Shown here: positions 45,853-54,638 of the stretch, one piece after another
Numbering within the stretch: position 1 is the first letter of the stretch
How the letters are laid out: every line of letters starts with the position of its first letter
Assembly: GCA_947476065.1 (NCBI GenBank)
Contig: CANJPG010000006.1
Coordinates: forward strand, 6,507 to 70,506
Direction: 5' to 3'
DNA: 64,000 nucleotides
Source: Fidelibacterota bacterium
Lineage (GTDB): Bacteria > Pseudomonadota > Alphaproteobacteria > Rhodospirillales > Rhodospirillaceae
Position numbers and translations under genes: made by a program
The notes under the pieces: generated by a model
The model's database searches: none
What the model was told of the DNA's origin: nothing
Seen by the model: the letters and a program-made list of their open reading frames with translations, nothing else

Positions 45853-46440
45853 TTGATCTCGATCGTGATGATGTCCTCACTCGTTGGCCTTTCGGTTTCG
45901 GCCTGCGCCGCACCTCAAAGTCTTCTATCCAACACGACTGTAGATGTTCAGACGGCGGCGCTGCAGCCAGCTGCAACGGCACCCACACCAATATCCTTCG
46001 GCGCGCCGCTCAATTTGCTGACGCAATCCGGCGCCGAGGCATGTGATGCCTCCGCCAAAATCTGCGCCGTGCGTCTCGCCGCCGAACGCCGTGCGGCCGA
46101 AGTGGTCGCCGCCGAAAGCGGCGCTGGCCAACATGCAGAACCGCGAATGAGATTGTTGATCCCGGTGGCAAGCCGCCAGAACCCGAGCGTTGCGCCCGAA
46201 CCGCTAGCGCCGAATGCACCTCAGCAGCCCGTGGTTCCGGTGCCGCCCGCCCCGGACTTAAGTATCGTACCTGAGGTCAAGCCGGTGCCCGAGAGCACGA
46301 CGCCGCCCATCGCCTCCGATTCTGAAAGCGTCATCAAGCCGCCGCGGACGGGCGACGCCGACATCGTCAAGCGCCCGCCGCGCACCGGCTCGCAAATGCC
46401 CGTGACTGTGCCTAAGCCCGAGCCTCTGGTGGTTCGGTAG
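45853..46440 (+). CDS. Pro-rich lipoprotein (lipobox LSVSAC); start codon uncertain
   Basis: The track ORF starts at a TTG 14 nt after AGGAGG. An in-frame ATT at 45844 lies 5 nt after AGGAGG and would give MKTLISIVMMSSLVGLSVSAC. Confidence 0.55.
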   Translation: MISIVMMSSLVGLSVSACAAPQSLLSNTTVDVQTAALQPAATAPTPISFGAPLNLLTQSGAEACDASAKICAVRLAAERRAAEVVAAESGAGQHAEPRMRLLIPVASRQNPSVAPEPLAPNAPQQPVVPVPPAPDLSIVPEVKPVPESTTPPIASDSESVIKPPRTGDADIVKRPPRTGSQMPVTVPKPEPLVVR

Positions 46441-46471
46441 GATTTTTCCAAACTTCCCGCCGCCGCGGATG

Positions 46472-48324
46472 TCATTCCGCGGCGGTGCGGCGTCTGGGTT
46501 CTGCGGTCGTCGTGCCGGACAGCAGATGTTGCGGAAAGCGAATGGTGGCGGTGGTTCCGCCGCCGACCACGCTGTTGATCAACAACTCGCCGCCCAGAAG
46601 ATCCATATAGCGCTTGCAGATCGATAGCCCCAAGCCCGTCCCTTGACCGCTGTGCGAGACTGCGGGGTTGCCTTGCAGGAAAGGCTCGCCCAGGCGGCGC
46701 AGCAAAGCAGGTTCGATGCCCGGTCCGTTGTCGCATATCGCGATGTCCAGATATTTATCCTCGGTGTAGCGCGCCGAGACGACGATCTCGCCGCCGGCCG
46801 GCGAGAATTTGATGGCATTAGACAAGAGGTTGATCACCACCTGGCGGCTGAACCGCTGATCGCCGGATACCGCCGGCAGAACGTCGGGCACCGCCGAGCG
46901 GATGATGATGTTTTTCTGCCCGGCCAGTCCCTCGACGAAGGATATGGCGGCATTGATCACGCCGTGCACGTTCATGGCTTCGCGGTGCAACGGCTGTGCG
47001 CCGGATTCGATCTTGGCCATGTCGAGAATGTCGCTGACGATATTCAGCAGATGCTCGCCCGAGCGGTGGATGTGATCGGCGTAAGACGTGTAGGCCGGCG
47101 AGATGGCATCGCCCAGCACCTTGTTCTTGATGATCTCGGAAAAGCCCATGATCGCGTTAAGCGGCGTGCGGAATTCGTGACTCATGTGGGCCAGGAAGCG
47201 GCTCTTCGCCTCGTTGGCCTCTTCGGCGGCGGCCTTGGCCTGGCGCAGGGCCTTCTCGTTCTCTTCTGAGCGGTTGATCTGGCGCAGAATGATCAGACCG
47301 AACACGGCCACGCCGAGCACGATGCCGGTAATCGCCAGGATCAACGCATCACCGACATTCCGCCATGACGACAAGAAGTCCTCGGAATCCAGGACGACAG
47401 ATGCCAGCAGGGGCAGATTACCTATGCCGGTGCGGGCGATGACTTTACGAGGCAGGCCGTCATCCCGCTTCACCAGGAGGTCAAGCCCGGTTCCGTTCCA
47501 TGCGGTACCGGGAGTTGTCTTGTCTAGCCAGGTCTGGCCAATGACGACTTTTTCATTGGGCGTGGCGGCAATCAGTTGCTTATCGCGCGTCCACATGGCG
47601 ATGCGGCCGTGGGGGCCGACATCGAGGGTCAGGTAGTGATCGGAAAAAAAACGCGCGTCAATCAACGCAAACACATAGCCGCGAAACTGACCCTTGGAAG
47701 TTCTAATCCTGACGCCTAAGGGCAACAGCCAGGTGTCGGGGGACGCGGCGGGGCTGGTGTTGCGGTAGACTTGGCCGATGACCTGATCCGCGCCGATGTC
47801 GCGCACCTCCTCGAAAGACATACCGGTCCCGTAGACCCGGGCCAAGTCCACCGGCAGAGTACGCGACCCGGCAATGCCCTTTAAATTCTCATCCACCACG
47901 AAGAAGCTCATCACCGCCGGCGCAAAGGCCAGTTTCCCCGCCATGAGATCGTGCAGGTAAATTTCGTCGATGTTGCCGTTCCCTCTCTCCACCGCGTGTT
48001 CAAGCTCGTGTTTATAGACATCGGCGATGCCATCCATATGCGATAGGTCTCGCCGAAGGTCTGCGTAGCGTGGGATTCGATGGCCTTGGCCGTATTGCTG
48101 GCGGCGCGGGTGGTGGCGTCCATCACCGCTTCATACTGCCGCACGTTATTGAACGAAGCGCCGGCAATAACCAGGGCCGCGAAACTCGAAAGCAGCAGGA
48201 TGGCGGCGAAACGCAGCCGGCGCAGCGACGATAGGCTTGATTTCTGGGTGGACGTTTCGCTCAGCGGTTTCACGGCAGGCCCTTGCAGAGTGGCGTCCGC
48301 GGCGGTGTCCGCAAGCATGTCCAC
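46472..48324 (-). pseudogene. sensor histidine kinase (TM - periplasmic sensor - TM - HisKA - HATPase) split by a 1-nt frameshift near 48035-48040
   Basis: ORF 47911..48324 encodes TM1 and the start of the sensor domain (..ESHATQTFGETYRI). ORF 46472..48037 continues the same domain in another frame (DGIADVYKHELEH..). TM2, the H-box SRFLAHMSHEFRTPLN and HATPase (GTGLGLSI) follow. This could be a real mutation or an assembly error. Confidence 0.75.
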
Positions 48325-48428
48325 CCGGCCGGTCTGAGTGCGGTTCGGCTATAATAACGCGCACCGGCCGGCCGGCGCACTCATTTATTGAACAGAGCAG
48401 CGGTGGCAGCGTTGTGCGTGAAATGCCC

Positions 48429-49529
48429 TTACTGGGCCGCCGGCTGCTGGGGAGCGAATTTGTTGATGGCCATCTTCAGGGCCTTGAACAGCATCTGGCC
48501 CATCTCGCCGCCGTCGCCCTCGATCTTGTCGCGCAGCACGGCACGCATGGTGTCGATATGCGCCTTGACGATCTCGAGGTTGGCGTCGTCCTGGCGGCAC
48601 GGCGCCTTGGTCACTTTGTACAGTGACTTGCCGAACACGGTGATCAAAGGATAACCAAACGTGCCGCCCTGACCGCGCAGTTCGTGGGCGATAAGGTTGA
48701 TCTCTTCGAATTGCGCCGTACGCTCGCCGCTGACCTGTTTGGCCTCGGTAACCTGGCGCGAGAGCCGGTCGAGATAGCCCTTGGCCCAGTCGAGGAAACC
48801 TTCGGCTTCGCGCTTGAGTTGCTGCTCGGCGTTGAACAAGACGTCGTCGGGCAGCACGAAGGGCTGACGCATGGCGTTTGAGCCCATCTTCTGCTTGAGG
48901 TAGTTGGGCAGCTTGAACAGCCACACGTCGCTGGGCGCCGACGGTTTTTCCACCTTGTCCTTGGAATACACAATTGTTGCGTGCGACTCATCGGGCTTGC
49001 GGCGTTCTTGTCCCTTGGGCGGGCCGGCCTTGCTCGAGCGGCGGCGGTCGGGTCCAAAGTAGGTCTGCGTGGTGACGAACTGGCGCGGTGCGTCGATGAT
49101 CCGCTGCAGAACCTTGTAGATGTTCTCGACCGAAAAGGGTTTGGCCATGAAGTCGTTGACGCCGTGGTCGCGGCTGGCTTCGACGTTCACCCGGTCGGCC
49201 GCGCCCGAAAGCATGATGAAGGGCATGAAGCGGCTGGGCGAGGCTTTGTCGTCCCTCAGCCACTGTAACAGGTGCACGCCGCTGACCGGCGACATGATGA
49301 AATCTGAAATGACGATGTCGATCGCATCGACGGCGGTGCCGAACCCTTTGCCGGTCAGCTTCAGGTATTCGACGGCCTCTTTGCCGTTCTTGCACTTGGT
49401 GACGCGCGTGAAGCCCATGCGTTTGAGGCTGTTGACCAGGATGTCGAGCATGTACTCGTTATCCTCGACCACCATGATCGAGAGGCGGTCGTGGCCCGGG
49501 TCCACCTTGTCTTTGTTCAGCATCGACAC
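48429..49529 (-). CDS. response regulator with C-terminal Hpt-like domain (REC-Hpt)
   Basis: The REC motifs are IMVVEDNEYMLD, VISDFIMSPVSG and FMAKPFS. The C-terminal IAHELRGQGGTFGY resembles the Hpt HxxKG motif. Confidence 0.75.
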   Translation of the reverse strand: MSMLNKDKVDPGHDRLSIMVVEDNEYMLDILVNSLKRMGFTRVTKCKNGKEAVEYLKLTGKGFGTAVDAIDIVISDFIMSPVSGVHLLQWLRDDKASPSRFMPFIMLSGAADRVNVEASRDHGVNDFMAKPFSVENIYKVLQRIIDAPRQFVTTQTYFGPDRRRSSKAGPPKGQERRKPDESHATIVYSKDKVEKPSAPSDVWLFKLPNYLKQKMGSNAMRQPFVLPDDVLFNAEQQLKREAEGFLDWAKGYLDRLSRQVTEAKQVSGERTAQFEEINLIAHELRGQGGTFGYPLITVFGKSLYKVTKAPCRQDDANLEIVKAHIDTMRAVLRDKIEGDGGEMGQMLFKALKMAINKFAPQQPAAQ

Positions 49530-49646
49530 GTCAGAAGCTTCCAGTCTCCACCACGATCTTTAGACCGGTGAAGTTAAGTGCACGTCTTTAGGCGCGGGGG
49601 ACAGCTTTGCCGCACCCCGGCTCCATCGCAGCCTAACGGTCACGGA

Positions 49647-49672
49647 CCCAAACCACAATCCCAAACCACAAT
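49647..49672. repeat. perfect tandem duplication of a 13-mer (CCCAAACCACAAT x2)
   Basis: Read directly from the sequence. It lies about 120-145 bp upstream of the REC-Hpt gene start. Confidence 0.9.
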
Positions 49673-49718
49673 CTAAGTTAATGTAATCAATGGGATTTTT
49701 ATAAATCAACGCGCAGGT

Positions 49719-50699
49719 TTAACTTCCCACACAGGCGGCGAATGTGCCGGCATCGACGTTGCCGCCCGACAGCACCACCGCCACGGTCCGTCCGGCGGCC
49801 GCATGATGTCCCGCCAGCACGGCCGCCAGCGCCACGGCACCGCCGGGTTCGACGACGACTTTCAGGTCTTCGAAGGCAAAAACCATAGCCGCTTTCACCT
49901 CGGCGTCCGAGACGGTGTAACCCCCTGTCAGCGCCTGTTCATTAAGGGCCCAGGTCAGCGCTCCAGGGGTTACCGCCAATAGGGCGTCGCACAGGGCATT
50001 GGCGGTTGATGCGTTGCGCTGGCGCTCGCCCGCGGCCAATGACCGGCGGTGGTCGTCGTAGCCGGCGGGCTCGGCGCTGAAAAGCTTCACCCCTGGGTTG
50101 GACACCCTGGCCGCGATGCCAATCCCGGCAAGCAGGCCGCCGCCGCTGGCCGGGGCGATGATGTCGTCCACACGAAGTCCCATGGCACGGGCCTGGGCCA
50201 TCAGTTCAAGGCCCAAGGTGCCTTGGCCCGCGATAATGTGCGGGTCGTCGTAGGACGGCACCACCGTCGCACCTCGTTCTGCGGCGATGCGCCGGGCGAT
50301 GACTTCACGGTCTTCAGTAACCCGGTCGAAGGTCACCACCTCCGCGCCAAGGGCCCGCGTTTTGGCCAGCTTGAGAGCGGGGGCGTCGGCGGGCATGACG
50401 ATGACCGCCGGTATGTCCAACAGCGCCGCCGCTGCCGCCACGCCCTGCGCATGGTTTCCCGACGACCAGGCGACGACGCCGGTTTTGCGCTCGGCTGGGC
50501 TCAGTTGTACCAGCCGATTGAAAGCGCCGCGGAATTTGAACGAGCCGGTGCGCTGCAAAGGCTCGGCTTTCAGCAGCACCGTTCCGCCCACGCGCCGGTC
50601 CAGATCGACTGAGCGCAGTACGGGCGTGACCACGGCCTCGCCGCGCAAGCGCACGGCGGCGGCTTCAACATCGGCAAAGGTCGGGAGTCTTTCGGTCAT
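49719..50699 (-). CDS. threonine/serine dehydratase (PLP-dependent, fold type II)
   Basis: The internal start MTERLPTFADVEAAAVRL at 50699 is preferred over the track start at 51020. PLP-Lys lies in the context RTGSFKFRGAF, with SSGNHAQG also present. Confidence 0.88.
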   Translation of the reverse strand: MTERLPTFADVEAAAVRLRGEAVVTPVLRSVDLDRRVGGTVLLKAEPLQRTGSFKFRGAFNRLVQLSPAERKTGVVAWSSGNHAQGVAAAAALLDIPAVIVMPADAPALKLAKTRALGAEVVTFDRVTEDREVIARRIAAERGATVVPSYDDPHIIAGQGTLGLELMAQARAMGLRVDDIIAPASGGGLLAGIGIAARVSNPGVKLFSAEPAGYDDHRRSLAAGERQRNASTANALCDALLAVTPGALTWALNEQALTGGYTVSDAEVKAAMVFAFEDLKVVVEPGGAVALAAVLAGHHAAAGRTVAVVLSGGNVDAGTFAACVGS

Positions 50700-50776
50700 G
50701 CGGGCGTTTCTATCATATTTTGCGCACGGCCAACCGGCCTCGTATAAACTGCCGCTTCGCTGAAGGAGTGACGTCG

Positions 50777-52402
50777 TTGTTGCCCATAGATCGCGGCTTG
50801 CGCCGCGCCGTCCTTGCGCTGTTTGCCCTAGTGCCGCTGGTGTTCGGCGGCATCGCCGTCTTCCTGGGCCAGGACAGCAACTGGGACTTGCGCAACTATC
50901 ATTGGTACGACGCCTACGCCGCGCTCGCGGGCCGCCTCGATCAGGACATGGGCGCCGCCCAGACGCCCACCTACTACAACCCCACCCTCGACGTGCCGTT
51001 CTACCTCCTGGCCAACGCATTGCCGGCGCGCGTCTTCGCCTTCGTGCTGGGCGCGGTGCAGGGCTGCAACTTCATCCTCCTTTATGTCCTCGCCTGGTTC
51101 ACGCTGCGGGCCGTCGACGAACGCTGGCGCGCAGCCGGCGCCGTGGCCGTCGCGTTGACCGGCATCTTCGGCGGCGGGCACATGGCGCTGGTCGGGGCAA
51201 TCTTCTACGACAACATCGTCAGCCTGTTTGTCTTTGCCGCCATGGCCGTCATCCTCGCCAACATGACGTTGCTGCGTGCCGGCCCCTTCGGCGCGGCGCT
51301 CCTACGCACGGCCTTCGCCGGATTTCTGGTGGGCTGCGGCGTCGGGCTGAAGCTGCCGACGCAGATTTTCGCCATCGGTGTGTGCTTCGGCCTTCTGTTC
51401 GTGCCGGGACCCTTCGTGCGGCGCTTCTTCCTGTCCTTTGCCTGCGGCCTGGGCGTGATCGGCGGCTTCCTGGTCTTCGGCGGCTGGTGGATGTGGGAGT
51501 TGATCACGCACTTCGGCAATCCACTGTTCCCCTATTTCAACGACATCATCCGCTCAAACTGGGCGCTGCCCGAGAGCTACCGCGATGACCGCTTCCTGCC
51601 AAAAAATATTGTCGCGGCGCTGACGCTGCCGTTCCGCCTGTTTGTCGACGGCACCATCGCCGGCGAAGTCGGCTTCCGTGATGCGCGGGTGCTGGGTGCT
51701 TACATCGTCCTGATTGCGACGCCTCCGATGTTGCTCATCGCCCGCATCAAGAAATTTGGCCGCAGCGAACCCTTCGCCGAGGTCTTTGCCGCGCGTTATC
51801 TCGCCGCCGCCGCCGGGTTGTCCTATGCCGTCTGGCTTCTGCTGTTTTGCATCTACCGCTATCTCATTCCGCTCGAGATGCTGGCGCCGCTGCTGGTCGT
51901 CGCCTGCATGGCCTTCTGGCCCCTGACGCGCCAGCGCCGCCTGAGCCTGGCCATCGGCCTTCTCGGTGTCATGGTGCTCACCATGCAGCCTGGCAATTGG
52001 GGCCGTATGCCCTGGAGTGCTAGCGGACGCTTTGTCGAGGTCACGCCGCCGGCGCTCGCCGACCCCGCCAATACGCTGGTGATCATGACCGGCTTCGCGC
52101 CCACGGCCTTCGTCATCCCGTCTTTCCCGCGCGCGGTATCGTTCCTCAGACCCCAGAGCTACCTGGTGGATCCCGCCCATGCCACCCGCTTCAACGAGGT
52201 GCTGCGCGCCCGCATCGCGGCCCATACCGGCGAGATTCTGCTGCTGCGGGCGGCCTACGAAAAAGGTGCGGCCGAACGGGTTCTGCCGGTCTATGGGCTA
52301 GGCATCGCCGCCGGAAGCTGCCGTCCGCTGCCGACCAATCTCGACGGCGAGCTGGAGATGTGTGGCGTTGAAAGAATTCCCCAGACTGAACCCGTCAACT
52401 AA
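50777..52402 (+). CDS. polytopic GT-C-fold glycosyltransferase-like membrane protein (GT87/DUF2029-like by eye)
   Basis: There are at least 10 hydrophobic segments. The first loop has the motif DSNWDLRNYHWYD. AAGGAG at 50763-50768 favours the TTG at 50777. The track start at 50720 would lie only 20 bp from the divergent gene. Confidence 0.6.
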   Translation: MLPIDRGLRRAVLALFALVPLVFGGIAVFLGQDSNWDLRNYHWYDAYAALAGRLDQDMGAAQTPTYYNPTLDVPFYLLANALPARVFAFVLGAVQGCNFILLYVLAWFTLRAVDERWRAAGAVAVALTGIFGGGHMALVGAIFYDNIVSLFVFAAMAVILANMTLLRAGPFGAALLRTAFAGFLVGCGVGLKLPTQIFAIGVCFGLLFVPGPFVRRFFLSFACGLGVIGGFLVFGGWWMWELITHFGNPLFPYFNDIIRSNWALPESYRDDRFLPKNIVAALTLPFRLFVDGTIAGEVGFRDARVLGAYIVLIATPPMLLIARIKKFGRSEPFAEVFAARYLAAAAGLSYAVWLLLFCIYRYLIPLEMLAPLLVVACMAFWPLTRQRRLSLAIGLLGVMVLTMQPGNWGRMPWSASGRFVEVTPPALADPANTLVIMTGFAPTAFVIPSFPRAVSFLRPQSYLVDPAHATRFNEVLRARIAAHTGEILLLRAAYEKGAAERVLPVYGLGIAAGSCRPLPTNLDGELEMCGVERIPQTEPVN

Positions 52403-52420
52403 ACGTGCTATGTCTGAGCC

Positions 52421-53413
52421 ATGTCCAACACCGCAGCACCCTCCGTCGCCGTTCTGATCCCCTGCTACAACGAAGAGGCCGCCATCGGCGCCGTTGTCAG
52501 GGATTTCCGCATGGTCCTTCCCGAGGCGGCGATCTACGTCTACGACAACAACTCGCGCGATCGGACCGTAGAGGTGGCCGCCGAGGCCGGCGCCATCGTG
52601 CGCCATGAGTCGCTGCAGGGCAAAGGCAACGTCGTGCGCCGCATGTTCGCCGACGTCGAAGCCGACATCTACGTCATGGTCGACGGCGACGATACCTATC
52701 ACGCCGCCAGCGCCCCGGCCCTGATTCGCCGCCTGCAGGACAGTCAGCTCGATATGGTGAACGCGGCTCGCGTGACCGAGGTTCAGGCCGCCTACCGTCC
52801 CGGCCACCGCTTCGGCAATTTAATGCTCACCGCCCTGGTGGCTTTTGTCTTCGGCAAGCGCACCACCGACATGCTGTCCGGCTACCGCGTGTTCTCGCGG
52901 CGCTTCGTGAAGTCGTTTCCCACGATGGTCGTCGGCTTCGAGATCGAAACTGAACTGACGGTCCATGCCCTCGAGCTGCGCATGCCGATCATGGAAGTGG
53001 CCACGCCCTACAAGGATCGCCCGGTGGGTTCGGTCAGCAAGCTGTCCACATTCAAGGACGGCTTTCGCATTCTCTACATGATCGGCAAGCTGGTGAAGGA
53101 AGAGCGCCCGATGCAATCCTTCGGCCTGACGGCGGCACTGCTCGCACTGGTGTCGGTCATCCTCGCCGTTCCCGTCGTGGTGACCTTCCTCGAAACCGGT
53201 CTGGTGCCGCGCCTGCCAACGGCGGTGCTGTCGACCGGGCTCATGATCCTCGCCTTCTTGGCCCTGACCTGCGGCTTGATCCTCGAGACCGTCACCCGGG
53301 GCCGGCGCGAAATGAAACGCCTGGCCTATCTCTCTCACCCCGCGCCGCAGCCCCACCCACATCCGCATGCGACCGCGCAGGTCGTCAGTATCGATCCCAC
53401 CGCGCGCTCATGA
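52421..53413 (+). CDS. GT2 polyprenol-phosphate glycosyltransferase (GtrB/ArnC/DPM1-like)
   Basis: The N-terminal GT-A domain has VAVLIPCYNEE, YVYDNNSRD and VDGDDTY. Two C-terminal TM helices follow. Confidence 0.85.
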   Translation: MSNTAAPSVAVLIPCYNEEAAIGAVVRDFRMVLPEAAIYVYDNNSRDRTVEVAAEAGAIVRHESLQGKGNVVRRMFADVEADIYVMVDGDDTYHAASAPALIRRLQDSQLDMVNAARVTEVQAAYRPGHRFGNLMLTALVAFVFGKRTTDMLSGYRVFSRRFVKSFPTMVVGFEIETELTVHALELRMPIMEVATPYKDRPVGSVSKLSTFKDGFRILYMIGKLVKEERPMQSFGLTAALLALVSVILAVPVVVTFLETGLVPRLPTAVLSTGLMILAFLALTCGLILETVTRGRREMKRLAYLSHPAPQPHPHPHATAQVVSIDPTARS

Positions 53414-53805
53414 GTTTGCGGGACAATGAATTCCTGCGCTTTGCCGCCGTCGGCGTTGTCGGGCTGTTTGCCGACATGGCGGCGCTGACCTTCGCACTCA
53501 ATGTGCTGCATCTCGACGTCTACAGCGGACGCGTTTTCTCATACCTCGTCGCGGCCACCACCACCTGGGCCTTGAACCGCCGCTTTACCTTTGTCACCGC
53601 CGAGCGGGTGTCGCCCCTGCGCCAGTGGCTGAAGTTCCTCGGCGCCAATGCCATAGGCGGGGTGGTTAATTACGCGGTCTATGCCGCCGTTGTTACCTTC
53701 ACCGCACTGGGGGCCGCCTGGCCGGTGCTGGGCGTGGCGGCGGGCTCCGTGGCTGGGTTGTTCTTCAACTTCACGATCAATAAGTTGTGGGTCTTTAAGG
53801 CCTAA
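53410..53805 (+). CDS. GtrA-family membrane protein
   Basis: 131-aa four-TM protein. Its N-terminus is FLRFAAVGVVGLFADMAAL and it ends NFTINKLWVFK. It overlaps the GT2 gene stop. Confidence 0.85.
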   Translation: MSLRDNEFLRFAAVGVVGLFADMAALTFALNVLHLDVYSGRVFSYLVAATTTWALNRRFTFVTAERVSPLRQWLKFLGANAIGGVVNYAVYAAVVTFTALGAAWPVLGVAAGSVAGLFFNFTINKLWVFKA

Positions 53806-54186
53806 GTGGCAGGACTCCTGAGGCGGGCCTGACGGAGTTAAATTTGAAGTTAACTCCCGCTCCTTAACTCTATGTTGCAGCGCGATTTTACGCCTCGGTT
53901 AAAACGCGAGTTCATCAAAGTTTTTGTTGCGCCCTCTGCGATTCGCGCGTTAAACGTAGGCGCTTTTTACGGGGGGGACGAGCCGCCAGCCGGCCATAGC
54001 TTTGACATCATCATCAGCGAATATGCCTCTGTCGTGAGTGCAGAAGCGCGATGTCACTGCGGGCTGAGACAAAGAGGCGGCGTGAACTTCGACAAAAGCA
54101 CCTGGGAGGGCGATGTGAAGCCGGCCCGAAATATTTTGAACAGATCTGCCGTTTCAACGGACCAACTTCAACAGCGAGGAATTTTC

Positions 54187-54564
54187 ATGCGTAAGGCAAT
54201 TTTGTTGGCTTCGATCCTGGTTCCCTTCTCGTTTGCCGCGGCGCAGGCCGCTGACGGCAATGCGGAAATGGGCAAGCGCCAGTTTGGTCCGTGCACCTCT
54301 TGCCACACCGTCGAAGAAGGCGGCCCGAACAAGGTCGGCCCGAACCTGCACGGTATCATCGGCCGCAAAGCCGGCAGCAAAGCCGACTTCGCCTATTCCG
54401 ACGCCATGAAGAAGGCGGGCTTCACCTGGGACGAAGAGAAGCTCGACAAGTACATCACCAAGCCGACCGACTTCGTGCCCGGCAACAAGATGGCCTTCCT
54501 CGGCGTGCCGAAGCCGGAAGTTCGCCAGAACATCATCGCGTACCTGAAGTCGGTCACGAAGTAA
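54187..54564 (+). CDS. class I c-type cytochrome (cytochrome c2-like)
   Basis: The ATG at 54187 has GAGGA upstream. The signal peptide is MRKAILLASILVPFSFAAAQA, the heme motif is CTSCH, and the distal Met lies in GNKMAF. The longer track ORF (from 53872) is rejected. Confidence 0.9.
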   Translation: MRKAILLASILVPFSFAAAQAADGNAEMGKRQFGPCTSCHTVEEGGPNKVGPNLHGIIGRKAGSKADFAYSDAMKKAGFTWDEEKLDKYITKPTDFVPGNKMAFLGVPKPEVRQNIIAYLKSVTK

Positions 54565-54638
54565 CCTTCGTCGCTTCAGACGTCATGCAGCGGCCGCATG
54601 GGCCAAAGTCCAAGCGGCCGTAGCTATTTTAACGCTGA

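Noticed and set aside
49719-51020. 107-codon Arg/Gly-rich N-terminal extension of the threonine dehydratase ORF
   Set aside because: It overlaps the divergent GT-C gene and looks non-coding. The conserved protein begins at MTERLPTF (50699).
53806-54186. N-terminal extension of the cytochrome c ORF (track ORF 53872..54564), and a TPP-riboswitch-like CTGAGA motif in the same 380-bp spacer
   Set aside because: The extension has no signal peptide logic, whereas the ATG at 54187 has a GAGGA RBS and a perfect signal peptide. The CTGAGA-containing stretch lacks the other conserved THI-element segments, and the gene context does not fit. The hairpin GGAGTTAA-N8-TTAACTCC after gtrA has no T-tract, so it was not called a terminator.
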